Assembly (NCBI GenBank): GCA_026003015.1 | Contig: BPGL01000001.1 | Span: forward strand, 1,006,717 to 1,070,716 | DNA length: 64,000 nt | Direction of reading: 5' to 3' | Source: Actinomycetota bacterium | GTDB taxonomy: Bacteria; Actinomycetota; UBA4738; HRBIN12 | Shown: positions 21,871 through 30,772 of the stretch, one piece after another | How the letters are laid out: every line of letters begins with the position of its first letter | Numbering within the stretch: position 1 is the first letter of the stretch | Program-made: the position numbers and the translations under genes | Notes under the pieces: model-generated | Told to the model about the DNA's origin: nothing | The model's database searches: none | What the model saw: only the letters and a program-made list of their open reading frames with translations

Positions 21871-22826
21871 GGCGACCCTCGGTAGCCGTAGCGGACCAAC
21901 AGCGGCCAGGTGAGCGCGGTCACCACGCGCCGGTGCGTCGGCGACAGCCGGTGACGCCAGGCGTCGTCCTCGCGCAGGGGCAGGCGACCGGCCTCCAACC
22001 GCATGCGACTGCCGGCGGCGAGGTGATCGGTCGGCAGCTCCACCCAGCCCTCACCGATGAACCCCAGGTCGTCGACCCGCCGCTCGATCCCAAGCTCGCT
22101 CAGCACGCGCAGCAGGGCCCCCTTGGGCGAACGAACGAGCTCCTCGTAGCGGAGACGCGACGTCGGGACGCCGAGCCCGGCCAGCGCGTCGAACGAGAGG
22201 TTCATCCAGATCCACTTCTCGCCGGACTTGGGAGGCGGGCGGCGCACCCGGAACTCGTCCGAGCGAGCTCCCTGGCGGTGGACCCACTTCGTCTTCGAGT
22301 ACGCCACACCGCGGCTGTCGCGCACGAGGTGCACAACGCGCAGGTCGACCTCGGGCATCCTGCTCACCATGTAGACGTGCGCGGGCTGCTTCATCGAGTC
22401 GACGATGACCCGCCCGCCGGACGCGCGATGGATCCCCACGTACAGCCGACCCATCAGCGCTTGGTAGCGACGCAGGTCGGCGCCGTAGCGCCGGGACAGC
22501 GACGGCCGGAGGATCAGGGGCAGAGCGAGGGCGTGGGGCGCCCGCCCCCGAAGCGTCAGGCCGTCGCGCAGGCGCGTGGCCTCGGCGGTGTCCACGCGGT
22601 CCCAGCCGCCGAAGGCCTCCTCGCCCACGGCCGTCCAGAACGGGCAGGCGCGGAACGGCTCCCCGCACCCGCAGGCCATGTCCTCCACGAGCCCCTTGTC
22701 CCACACACGACCGGTCTCACCCACGGCGACGAGGCCCGGCACCTGCCCGAGCATCCGAGCGAGCAGCGTGGACCCGCTCTGGCCGATCGCACCGATGCAC
22801 AGCACGGGGATGCGCTCCATCGACAT
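21867..22826 (-). CDS. Sulfotransferase family protein, paralog 5
   Basis: The motifs are IGAIGQSGSTLLARML and HLVRDSRGVAYS. Start taken at MSMERIPV. The track ORF extends further 5' across the neighbouring gene. Confidence 0.7.
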   Translation of the reverse strand: MSMERIPVLCIGAIGQSGSTLLARMLGQVPGLVAVGETGRVWDKGLVEDMACGCGEPFRACPFWTAVGEEAFGGWDRVDTAEATRLRDGLTLRGRAPHALALPLILRPSLSRRYGADLRRYQALMGRLYVGIHRASGGRVIVDSMKQPAHVYMVSRMPEVDLRVVHLVRDSRGVAYSKTKWVHRQGARSDEFRVRRPPPKSGEKWIWMNLSFDALAGLGVPTSRLRYEELVRSPKGALLRVLSELGIERRVDDLGFIGEGWVELPTDHLAAGSRMRLEAGRLPLREDDAWRHRLSPTHRRVVTALTWPLLVRYGYRGSP

Positions 22827-22977
22827 CGCGCCCTCAGGGGTCGGGGAAGGTGCAGAAGGGACGTCAGTATAGGGTCGCACGACCCGCGCTGCTAGACTGC
22901 CGGCCACCGCCCCCGAGCCGCCCCCGAGAAGGAGGTGAGCCTCCCTGGCGACCCCGCGCGCCGACGATCGCCCCACG

Positions 22978-23802
22978 GTGATCTTCCTGCACATCGGCAA
23001 GACCGCGGGCTCGTCGCTGCGTCGGATCCTGCGCAGACAGTTCCCGGCGCGGGAGGTCCTCGAGTTCCGAGCACCGCTGCCCGAACCGGGGCGCCTGCGC
23101 CGGGAAGGCGCGGTCGCCGCCTTCGCGACGATCCCCGAGGCCGACCGAGCCCGCGCCCGCCTGATCATGGGGCACACGACCTTCGGGCTGCACGAGCTCG
23201 TGCCCCGGCCGAGCACGTACATCACGATGCTCCGCGACCCGGTGGCGCTCGTCGTCTCCCTGTACGGGCACATCCTTCGCACCGAGCGCCACATCCTGCA
23301 CGACGAGGTCGTCAGCAGGGGACTCTCGCTGGGCGGGTTCGTTCGCAGCGGGATCTCCGTGGAGGCCGACAACAGCCAGACCCGCGCCCTCGCCGGCGAC
23401 ACGTCCACCCCGTTCGGGGGCTGCACGGAGGCGATGCTCGAGCGCGCCAAGACCAACGTGGAACGCCACGTCGCCGTAGCCGGACTGACGGAGCGTTTCG
23501 ACGAGTCGCTGCTGCTGCTCGGGCGGACCTTCGGCTGGACCCGCCTGTACTACGTGGCCATGAACACCGCGCCGAGGCGGATCGAGCCGACGGCGGAGGA
23601 GATCGAGGAGATCCGGGAGCGCAACCGCTTGGACCTCGACCTGTACGCGTGGGCCGCAGCCCGGTTCGAGGAGCAGCTCGCCGCCGACCCGAGCTTCGAC
23701 GATCGGCTCCGGCGGTTCCGCCGCGCGAACCGCCTGTACCGCCCCTGGGGTCAGCTCACGTGGGCGCTGCCCACCCGGGCGGCCGCCCGTCTGGCGCGCT
23801 AG
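22978..23802 (+). CDS. Sulfotransferase family protein, paralog 6
   Basis: The motifs are IFLHIGKTAGSSL and TMLRDPVALVVS. The GTG start is far from the only SD, so the start is uncertain. Confidence 0.65.
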   Translation: MIFLHIGKTAGSSLRRILRRQFPAREVLEFRAPLPEPGRLRREGAVAAFATIPEADRARARLIMGHTTFGLHELVPRPSTYITMLRDPVALVVSLYGHILRTERHILHDEVVSRGLSLGGFVRSGISVEADNSQTRALAGDTSTPFGGCTEAMLERAKTNVERHVAVAGLTERFDESLLLLGRTFGWTRLYYVAMNTAPRRIEPTAEEIEEIRERNRLDLDLYAWAAARFEEQLAADPSFDDRLRRFRRANRLYRPWGQLTWALPTRAAARLAR

Positions 23803-24959
23803 CCGCGCGCCTCGATCGCCGCGCCGTAGGCGTCCTCGAGGGCACGAAGGCCGGCCTGCGGCCCGTACCGGTCCCGCCACAGGGCCGCCGCCCGGTCGCC
23901 GAGGCGACGGACCTCGGCGTCCTCCAGGAGCCGCCGACAGGCCGCCGTCCACGCCCCGGGCTCGCCGGCCGGCACGAGCAGCCCGGTCTCGCCGTGGACC
24001 ACGCCCTCGGGGAGCGCGCCGACCGCGCTGGCGACGACGGGAACGCCCGCCGCGTAGGCCTCGAGGACCGCGCGCGGCACGGCCGGCTCGGGCCAGCGCG
24101 AGGGGACGAGGACCGCGCGCGCGGCCGCGATCAGGTCCGCCGCCCGGTCGGCCGGAACCGGACCGAGCACCTCGACCTCCGGCGGGACGTCACGGCGGAG
24201 CCGTTCGGACTCAGGTCCGTCTCCGGCCACGAGCAGGCGCCCGAGCTCCGGACGCCATGCGGCGAGCAGGACGTCGACCCCCTTCTCCGGCGCGAGGCGG
24301 CCGAGGAACAGGAAGTGCTGGCCCGGGCCGTCGCGCCGGCGGGCCGGCGGGACGAAGTTCGGCTTGACGAGGATCCGCTCGGCCTCGAACCCGGCGCCCA
24401 CGTGGCGGTCGCGCACGAACGCGCTCACGGCGAGGAAGCGGTGCACGGCGGCGAACGAGCCGACGGCTCGGTGCAGGGTCAAGGAGGCGGCGAGGGCCGC
24501 GCTGCCGGCCAACGAGCCGCGGTAGCAGCGGTAGCGGACACCGCGCCAGGGGACCCGACCGACGCAGACCTCGCACGGCCGGCCGTCGCGTTCGAGCGAG
24601 GCCGGGAGGCAGAGCAGCCGGTAGTTGTGGAGGGTCACGACGACGGCCGCCCCCGCGCCGCGCGCGGCGGTCAGGACCGCCGGCGATAGGGTCGGGAACA
24701 GGTTGTGGGCGTGAACAACGTCGATGTGCTCACGCCGAACGACCCGTCGCACCGCCGCCGCGACGTCGGGCGCCCAGAGGGCTCGGGCCGCGGTACGGAT
24801 GCGATCCCGGGCGCGGTCGACCTGCGGCTCGAGCTGACGGAGCACGACCCGGTGGCCGGCGTCGGCCAGCATCCGTGCCTCGTCGACCACCACCCGGTTC
24901 TCCCCGGAGACGTCGCCGGACCGGTAGCGGGAGTGAAGGATCAGGACGCGCACGACCAT
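23799..24959 (-). CDS. Glycosyltransferase family 4
   Basis: GT4 domain architecture is present, with a C-terminal E..E motif region (PSRWPEPAVPRAVLEAYAAGVPVVAS). Confidence 0.8.
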   Translation of the reverse strand: MVVRVLILHSRYRSGDVSGENRVVVDEARMLADAGHRVVLRQLEPQVDRARDRIRTAARALWAPDVAAAVRRVVRREHIDVVHAHNLFPTLSPAVLTAARGAGAAVVVTLHNYRLLCLPASLERDGRPCEVCVGRVPWRGVRYRCYRGSLAGSAALAASLTLHRAVGSFAAVHRFLAVSAFVRDRHVGAGFEAERILVKPNFVPPARRRDGPGQHFLFLGRLAPEKGVDVLLAAWRPELGRLLVAGDGPESERLRRDVPPEVEVLGPVPADRAADLIAAARAVLVPSRWPEPAVPRAVLEAYAAGVPVVASAVGALPEGVVHGETGLLVPAGEPGAWTAACRRLLEDAEVRRLGDRAAALWRDRYGPQAGLRALEDAYGAAIEARG

Positions 24960-25017
24960 CGCCTTACCACGGCGAGTGGGCCGGTGCCAGCCGAGCCCGT
25001 GCGCCGCCGAGCGGGGA

Positions 25018-26007
25018 TCAGACCGCTTCGCGCTGCGTCCGGACGCGGCCGGCCTTCACGAGCTCGGACTCGATCCAGCGGTACGTGGCCGCGATCCCGT
25101 CCTCGAGGGACGTGCTGGGTTCCCAGCCGAGCACCTCGCGCAGCTTCGTGTTGTCGCTGTTGCGACCCCGCACCCCCTGAGGCTTGGACACATCGTGGAC
25201 CTTCACGAGGGTCTTGCCCGCAGCCGCGCAGACGAGGTCGACCAGCCCGTCGACGGTGATCAGCCGATCCGTCCCGAGGTTCAGCGGCGAGCGGTAGTCC
25301 GAGCGCATGAGGCGATGGATCCCCTCGACGCAGTCGTCGACGTAGGTGAACGACCGGGTCTGCTGGCCGTCGCCCCAGATCTCGATCGCGTCGCCGTCGG
25401 ACGCCAGGGCCACCTTCCGGCAGATCGCAGCCGGGGCCTTCTCACGGCCGCCCTCGTAGGTCCCCAGCGGGCCGTAGATGTTGTGGAAGCGGGCGACGCG
25501 GGTGTCGAGCTTGCCCTCCTCGGTGAAGTACTGGCAGAGCTTCTCCGCGTACAGCTTCTCCCAGCCGTACCCCTCCTCGGGGTCGGCGGGGTACGCGTCC
25601 TCCTCCCTGAGCGGCGTGACGTCGGGCTCGTGCTGCTTGTACATGGGGTAGATGCAGGCCGACGAGGAGTAGAAGTAGCGCTCCACGCCGTTCTCGTGTG
25701 CGGCCTGGAGCATGTGCGCGTTGATGAGCACGTTGTTGCGCGCGACGTCAGCGTGGTTCGCGGTGATGTAGCCGATGCCTCCCATGTCGGCGGCCAGCTG
25801 GTACACCTCGTCGACGTCGGCGGTGGCCTTCCGACAGTTCTCGAACTCCCGCAGGTCGAGCAGGAGGAACTCGTCGGCGTCGGTCGGCTCGTACTCGGGT
25901 TCCTTGATGTCGACGCCGCGGACCCGGTAGCCCTCGGCCTTCAGGTACTTCACGAGGTGGTGCCCGATGAACCCCCCGGCCCCCGCCACGGTCGCACGCT
26001 TCGTCAT
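25018..26007 (-). CDS. NAD-dependent epimerase closely resembling GDP-mannose 3,5-epimerase
   Basis: GAGGFIGHH, YASSACIYP and RFHNIYGP..GGREKAPAA are collinear with GME. The ATG at 26007 follows a GGAGGA SD. Confidence 0.75.
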   Translation of the reverse strand: MTKRATVAGAGGFIGHHLVKYLKAEGYRVRGVDIKEPEYEPTDADEFLLLDLREFENCRKATADVDEVYQLAADMGGIGYITANHADVARNNVLINAHMLQAAHENGVERYFYSSSACIYPMYKQHEPDVTPLREEDAYPADPEEGYGWEKLYAEKLCQYFTEEGKLDTRVARFHNIYGPLGTYEGGREKAPAAICRKVALASDGDAIEIWGDGQQTRSFTYVDDCVEGIHRLMRSDYRSPLNLGTDRLITVDGLVDLVCAAAGKTLVKVHDVSKPQGVRGRNSDNTKLREVLGWEPSTSLEDGIAATYRWIESELVKAGRVRTQREAV

Positions 26008-26834
26008 CGCGATCCTCCGTTCGCCCATGACCCGCCGCGTCGCCACCCCAGCAGCTGGGCTGCGAACAGGGCGACGAAGCGGGGGTTCTGCTTCAGGTAG
26101 CGGCGCCACAGACGCCGCGGCTCGGTCGCCAGCCGGAAGGCCCACTCCAGCCCGGCCCGCTGGAGCAGGCGGGGCGCCTGGCGCTTGCGCCCGCTCAGGA
26201 AGTCGAACGCCGCTCCCACGCCGACCGTGACCGCCGGCACACGCCCCCGGTTGCGAGCCATCCACCGCTCCTGCTTCGGACACCCCAGGCCGACGAAGAC
26301 GATCCGCGCGCCCGAACGGGCGATCTCGGCCGCGCTGCGCCGCTCCTCCTCGGCGGCGAGCTCACGGAACGGCGGCGCTTCTGCGTAGACGATCCGAAGC
26401 GCCGGGAACGCGCGGGCGGCGAAGGCGCGCAGGTCGGCGAGGACCTCGGGGGTCCCGCCGTACAGGCCCACCGGCACACCCTCCGTCGCGGCGCGGGCCA
26501 GTAGCCGCGGCATCAGCTCCGGGCCGCATACGCGCGTCGCCGAGCGAACCCCCAGCCACCGCAGCCCCCACACGAGCGGCATGCCGTCGGGCGTGACGAG
26601 ATCCCCGTCGTTCATCACGTGGCGGTAGGTGGGATCGTCGTAGCTGTGCATCACGTTGTTGACGGTCGCGACGAACACCGTGCGGCTCTCCCCGTACTTC
26701 GCCCAACGGATCACCCGCTCGACCGCATCGTCGTAGGACGTCGCGTCGACCCGCATCCCCAAGATCCACCGGTATCGCAGCGGTGGCAGGAGGGCGTCGG
26801 CCGCCGACGCGGAGGGGACGTCGGTGCTCGCCAC
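26004..26834 (-). CDS. WecB/TagA/CpsF-family glycosyltransferase (GT26)
   Basis: It aligns to WecG/TagA (RYRWILGMRVDA...GLGCPKQERWM). The GTG start overlaps the upstream stop. Confidence 0.75.
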   Translation of the reverse strand: MASTDVPSASAADALLPPLRYRWILGMRVDATSYDDAVERVIRWAKYGESRTVFVATVNNVMHSYDDPTYRHVMNDGDLVTPDGMPLVWGLRWLGVRSATRVCGPELMPRLLARAATEGVPVGLYGGTPEVLADLRAFAARAFPALRIVYAEAPPFRELAAEEERRSAAEIARSGARIVFVGLGCPKQERWMARNRGRVPAVTVGVGAAFDFLSGRKRQAPRLLQRAGLEWAFRLATEPRRLWRRYLKQNPRFVALFAAQLLGWRRGGSWANGGSR

Positions 26835-26836
26835 GA

Positions 26837-28285
26837 TCAGTACGCCCCCATCCGCGCGATCGTCGCGATCACCGTCTTGGCGAGGATGTACAGGTCCAGG
26901 CCGATCGACCAGTTCTGGATGTAGTACAGGTCCATCCGCACGGCCTGCTCGGGGTCCACGTCGCTGCGGCCGTTGACCTGCCACCATCCGGTGAGACCCG
27001 CCCGCACCTCGTGCCGCGCCTCGAGCAGCTCGGGGTTCGCACGGACCTGCTCCTCCCACAGCGGCCGCGGACCGACCAAGCTCATGTCACCGCGGACGAC
27101 GTTCCACAGCTGCGGCAGCTCATCGAGGCTCGTTCGCCGAAGGAACGCCCCGATCGGGGTCAGCCTCGGGTCATCGCGGAGCTTGAAGAACGGCTTCGTG
27201 AGGTCGATCACGGCGTCCTCGAGGGCGGCGCGCTGGTCGGTGTGCATCGTGCGGAACTTCAAGCACGTGAAGATCCGGCCGTCCTTCGTGACGCGGGGCT
27301 GGCGGAACAGCACGGGGCCCGGCGAGGTGAGCCGGACGGCGATCGCGACGGCGAGCATCACCGGCGCGGCCAGGACCAGCCCGATCGACCCCAGCACGAG
27401 GTCGAACGCGCGCTTGGCGGCCGCCTGCGGCCCGGTGAGGCGCGCCGGGTGCACGCGCAGCGCCAGGAAGTCCCCGACGCTTTCGAAATCCAGGCGCTCG
27501 GTGTGCACGTCCGGGAGGTTCGCGGCGACGCGCAGCTCCAGGTCGTAGCGGCGGCTCAGGCGCCCGAGCCTGGTCATGTCGTTCGGACCGATCTCGGACG
27601 AGGCGACGAACAGGCACTCGATCCCCTCCTCCAGCACGATCCGCTCGAGATCGTCGAACCCTCCGAGGACCGACCCGGGGACCTCCTCGGGCGTGTCGGT
27701 CACGAACCCGACCGGCCGGTACCCGCGCGCCGGCGGCACGATCGCGGCGGCGATCCGGGCGGCCTCGCCGTCGCGACCCACGATCGCGGTTCGCAGGGCG
27801 AGCGTCCCGCGACGCCGGAGCGACCGCACCCCGGCGCGCCACAACCCGCGCGCCAGGAGCTCCGCGAGGAGCGCGGATCCCCACAGGAGGGCGACCCGAC
27901 CGCGAGCGATGCTGCCGTCCCACAGGGGGGTCGCCGCCTCGAGACCGAGCACCGCCACGCTCGTGGCGGCGACGATTCGGCGGAACTCCTCCAGCGGCGG
28001 CAGCAGCGCCCGCCGGTACAGCCCGAACGCCGCGAAGCACGCGGCCCAGGCGATCGGGGCGAGCCCGAGGGTCACGCCGTAGCCCACGACCGAGCTCGTC
28101 GATCCGCGGAACGCCGCCACCAGGGCGAGGGCGATCGCGACGTCGGTGAGGGCCCGGGCCAGCACGACGAGGCGGAAGCGCTGCAGCGAGGGCCGGACCT
28201 TCTCCAGGTCGAGGACCCGCACGCGCTCGGCCGTGCCGAGCGCCGCGACGGCCTCCTCGCGGCCGGTGAGGTCGAGCCGTTCCAT
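26837..28285 (-). CDS. Undecaprenyl-phosphate sugar phosphotransferase (priming PGT, WbaP/CpsE-like)
   Basis: The bacterial sugar-transferase C-domain is present (PRPLWEEQV...GLTGWWQVNGRSD) with N-terminal TM helices. Confidence 0.85.
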   Translation of the reverse strand: MERLDLTGREEAVAALGTAERVRVLDLEKVRPSLQRFRLVVLARALTDVAIALALVAAFRGSTSSVVGYGVTLGLAPIAWAACFAAFGLYRRALLPPLEEFRRIVAATSVAVLGLEAATPLWDGSIARGRVALLWGSALLAELLARGLWRAGVRSLRRRGTLALRTAIVGRDGEAARIAAAIVPPARGYRPVGFVTDTPEEVPGSVLGGFDDLERIVLEEGIECLFVASSEIGPNDMTRLGRLSRRYDLELRVAANLPDVHTERLDFESVGDFLALRVHPARLTGPQAAAKRAFDLVLGSIGLVLAAPVMLAVAIAVRLTSPGPVLFRQPRVTKDGRIFTCLKFRTMHTDQRAALEDAVIDLTKPFFKLRDDPRLTPIGAFLRRTSLDELPQLWNVVRGDMSLVGPRPLWEEQVRANPELLEARHEVRAGLTGWWQVNGRSDVDPEQAVRMDLYYIQNWSIGLDLYILAKTVIATIARMGAY

Positions 28286-28531
28286 CAGGCGACCACCCCG
28301 CCTCCGCTTCCATCCGGCGCGCCGAACGGCAACCCCCCGGACGGGGTCGCGACGCACGACCCCCGTTCGAGGGACCGTGGGTCCCTCCGGGGTCGGCCGA
28401 GAAGCGATGGGGAACGATGGCGGTGGGACCCGTTCATCACGCACCTGACGTAGGAAGGTGAACGCTAGCTTAACGGCGCAAACGGGCTACGCGATTCATC
28501 CGTTGGGGGTAAACCTCATGCGTCGTTCCGA
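28286..28531 (-). promoter_or_regulatory. Leader and promoter region of the priming-PGT operon. It is locally AT-richer and has two stable hairpins.
   Basis: GC drops around 28440-28530. The hairpins are at 28343-28363 and 28369-28387. Confidence 0.3.
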
Positions 28532-29197
28532 CTAGGACTTCCGCCGGTCCCAGGCTCGCCCCCCGGCCCGACGCGCCAGCGCCACCGCCTCCAGGCGCGA
28601 GTGGACGCCGAGGCGGCGCAGCACGTTCTGCACGTGGCGCTTGGCCGTCTGCGGGCTGATCACGAGCGCCGCGGCGATCTCGTCGTTGCGCGCACCCGCC
28701 AGGAGCATCTCCACCACCTCCCGCTCCCGGGCCGTGAGGCGGGCCAGTCGATCGGCCGCGTCCTCCTCCGCGAGGCGCCAGGCCACCAGCTCGTCCAGGA
28801 GCGCCGCCAGGTCCGCGGGGTCGAAGGCCGCGGCCGTCCGGCCGAGCGCGACCGCGGCGTCCGCAAGCGCCTCCGGGGTGGCGTTGGGGCCGAGCGCGCC
28901 CCGGGCGCCGCCGATCACCGCCTCGGCCAGCTGACGCCGGTCGTCCACGAGCGCGAGCACCCGCGCCGGACCCGACGCCGCCACGACGTCGGCCACCGTC
29001 GCCCGGGGGTCGACCTGCAGGCCCACGAGGTCGACGGCCACGACGTCGGCCGGCCACGGCCGCCTGGCGCCCTCCCGCACGCTCGCCTGACCCACGACGC
29101 GCAGGCGTCGGTCGCGAGCGAGCACGTGCGCGAGCGCCTCGCGCACGAGCACCGGCTCACACAGCACCGCGATCTGGATCCGCTCCGGGGAGCTCAC
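28532..29197 (-). CDS. LuxR/NarL-family response regulator (REC + HTH)
   Basis: The C-terminal LuxR HTH is REREVVEMLLAGARNDEIAAALVISPQTAKRHV. Confidence 0.75.
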   Translation of the reverse strand: MSSPERIQIAVLCEPVLVREALAHVLARDRRLRVVGQASVREGARRPWPADVVAVDLVGLQVDPRATVADVVAASGPARVLALVDDRRQLAEAVIGGARGALGPNATPEALADAAVALGRTAAAFDPADLAALLDELVAWRLAEEDAADRLARLTAREREVVEMLLAGARNDEIAAALVISPQTAKRHVQNVLRRLGVHSRLEAVALARRAGGRAWDRRKS

Positions 29198-29829
29198 GGC
29201 GCCGCGCGGTCCAGGCCCCGCCGCGAAGCGATCGCCACCGCCTCGAGACGGGAGCCGACCCCCAGCTTCGCGAGGATGCTCTGCACGTGGGAGCGCACCG
29301 TGTTGGCCGACAGGCCGAGGTCTTCGGCGATCGCCCGTCCGCTCTTGCCCTGCGCGAGCAGGCTCAGGATCTGCCGCTCCCGGGGGGACAGGCGTCGCAC
29401 CCCGTCCGCAGCGGGCCGGCGACGGGCGCCGCGGCCGCGACCGGAGGGCTCGATCGGAGGCAGGACGATCCGGCCGGCCGCCACCGCGCGGATCGTCGCG
29501 ATCGCCGGCGCGAGCCCCTGGTCGGTGCGCACGTGCCCGTGGAAGACGGCGCGGTCCCCGGCGGGTTGCCCGGACGAGGGCTCGACCAGGGCGATCAGCC
29601 GCGCGCCCGGGACGAGCCGCGCCAGCTCGCCCCCGACGTCCCAGCCCCAGCGTCCGCCGGCGGCTTCGTCCACGAGGATCACGTCGGGCCGCGCCTCGTG
29701 GGCGACCCGTCCGGCCTCCTGCGGATCGTCAAGGACGTCGAGGACCCGGAGCCCTGCGTCCGCGAGCGCCCGGCCGAGGGCCTGGCCCGCGAGCGGCCTG
29801 CCCGCGACGATCAGGACCCTGACGTCCAC
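29194..29829 (-). CDS. LuxR/NarL-family response regulator, second copy
   Basis: The C-terminal HTH is RERQILSLLAQGKSGRAIAEDLGLSANTVRSHV. Confidence 0.75.
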   Translation of the reverse strand: MDVRVLIVAGRPLAGQALGRALADAGLRVLDVLDDPQEAGRVAHEARPDVILVDEAAGGRWGWDVGGELARLVPGARLIALVEPSSGQPAGDRAVFHGHVRTDQGLAPAIATIRAVAAGRIVLPPIEPSGRGRGARRRPAADGVRRLSPRERQILSLLAQGKSGRAIAEDLGLSANTVRSHVQSILAKLGVGSRLEAVAIASRRGLDRAAP

Positions 29830-29830
29830 C

Positions 29831-30772
29831 CTAGACGCCCTTGAGGTAGGCCACGGTCTCGGCGAGCCCGTCCTCCAGGTGCGTCCAGGGTTTCCAGGCG
29901 ATCGCCGAGGCCGCCCGCCCGATGTCGAGCGCGATCCTCCGCGGGTCGCCGGGCCGCGGTGGGCCGTAGAGGGGTTCGCCCGGGAACCCGATGATGTCCG
30001 CGAGCGTGCGGAACACGTGGTTCACGCTCGTCTCGAGCCCCGTCCCGATGTTCACGAGCTTCGCCGATCCCTGATCGATCGCTCGAACGAACGCGTGCAC
30101 GGCGTCGTCGATGAAGACGAAATCGCGGGTCTGGTTCCCATCCCCGAAGATCGTCGGTGCCTCGCCGGCGAGCATGGACGCGGCGAAGACCGCGACCACC
30201 CCCCCGCAGGCCGGATCCTGCCGCGGCCCGTAGACGTTGGCCAGCGCGAGAGCCGTGTAGTCGAGCCCGCGGTAGCGGTGGTAGACGCCGAGGTAGTCGA
30301 GGACGACCTTCTTGGAGATGCCGTACGGCGTGAGCGGGAACGACCCCTGCGCGGCCGTCTCCTTGACGGGCAGACGTCGTGGTTCGCCGTACAGGGACCC
30401 TCCCGACGCGGCGTACACGATCTTCCGAGCCCCCACGCGCGTGGCGCACTCGAGCACGTTCAGCGTCCCCATCACGTTGACCGAGGCGCTCGTGATCGGG
30501 TCCGTGAGCGACTGGCCGGCACCGACGTGAGCCGCGAGGTGGAACACTACCTCGGGGCGATGGCGTTCGAACAGCGGCAACAGGCCTTCGGCCCGTACGT
30601 CCATGTTGAAGAACGTGAACTCCTTGCCGTACCCGCGGGCCTCCGCGAGGTTCGCGATCCGCCCGGACGACAGGTCGTCGACGCTGACGACGCGGTGCCC
30701 CTCGGCCAGGAGACGGTCGGCGAGGTGACTGCCGATGAACCCGGCGCCCCCGGTCACCAGGACGGTCGTCAC
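29831..30772 (-). CDS. NAD-dependent sugar epimerase/dehydratase (GalE-like)
   Basis: It has TGGAGFIGSHL and a YxxxK SDR fold. The GTG start overlaps the tsaD stop. Confidence 0.8.
   Translation of the reverse strand: MTTVLVTGGAGFIGSHLADRLLAEGHRVVSVDDLSSGRIANLAEARGYGKEFTFFNMDVRAEGLLPLFERHRPEVVFHLAAHVGAGQSLTDPITSASVNVMGTLNVLECATRVGARKIVYAASGGSLYGEPRRLPVKETAAQGSFPLTPYGISKKVVLDYLGVYHRYRGLDYTALALANVYGPRQDPACGGVVAVFAASMLAGEAPTIFGDGNQTRDFVFIDDAVHAFVRAIDQGSAKLVNIGTGLETSVNHVFRTLADIIGFPGEPLYGPPRPGDPRRIALDIGRAASAIAWKPWTHLEDGLAETVAYLKGV

Noticed and set aside
22826-23456. A 5' extension of the sulfotransferase-5 ORF, which would make it 529 aa
   Set aside because: The extension is low complexity. It overlaps the plus-strand sulfotransferase-6 gene, and the conserved P-loop motif begins right after the internal Met.
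28518-28535. A five-codon mini-ORF (MRRSD) after GGGGG in the EPS-operon leader
   Set aside because: It is too short and there is no supporting signal. It is probably chance.
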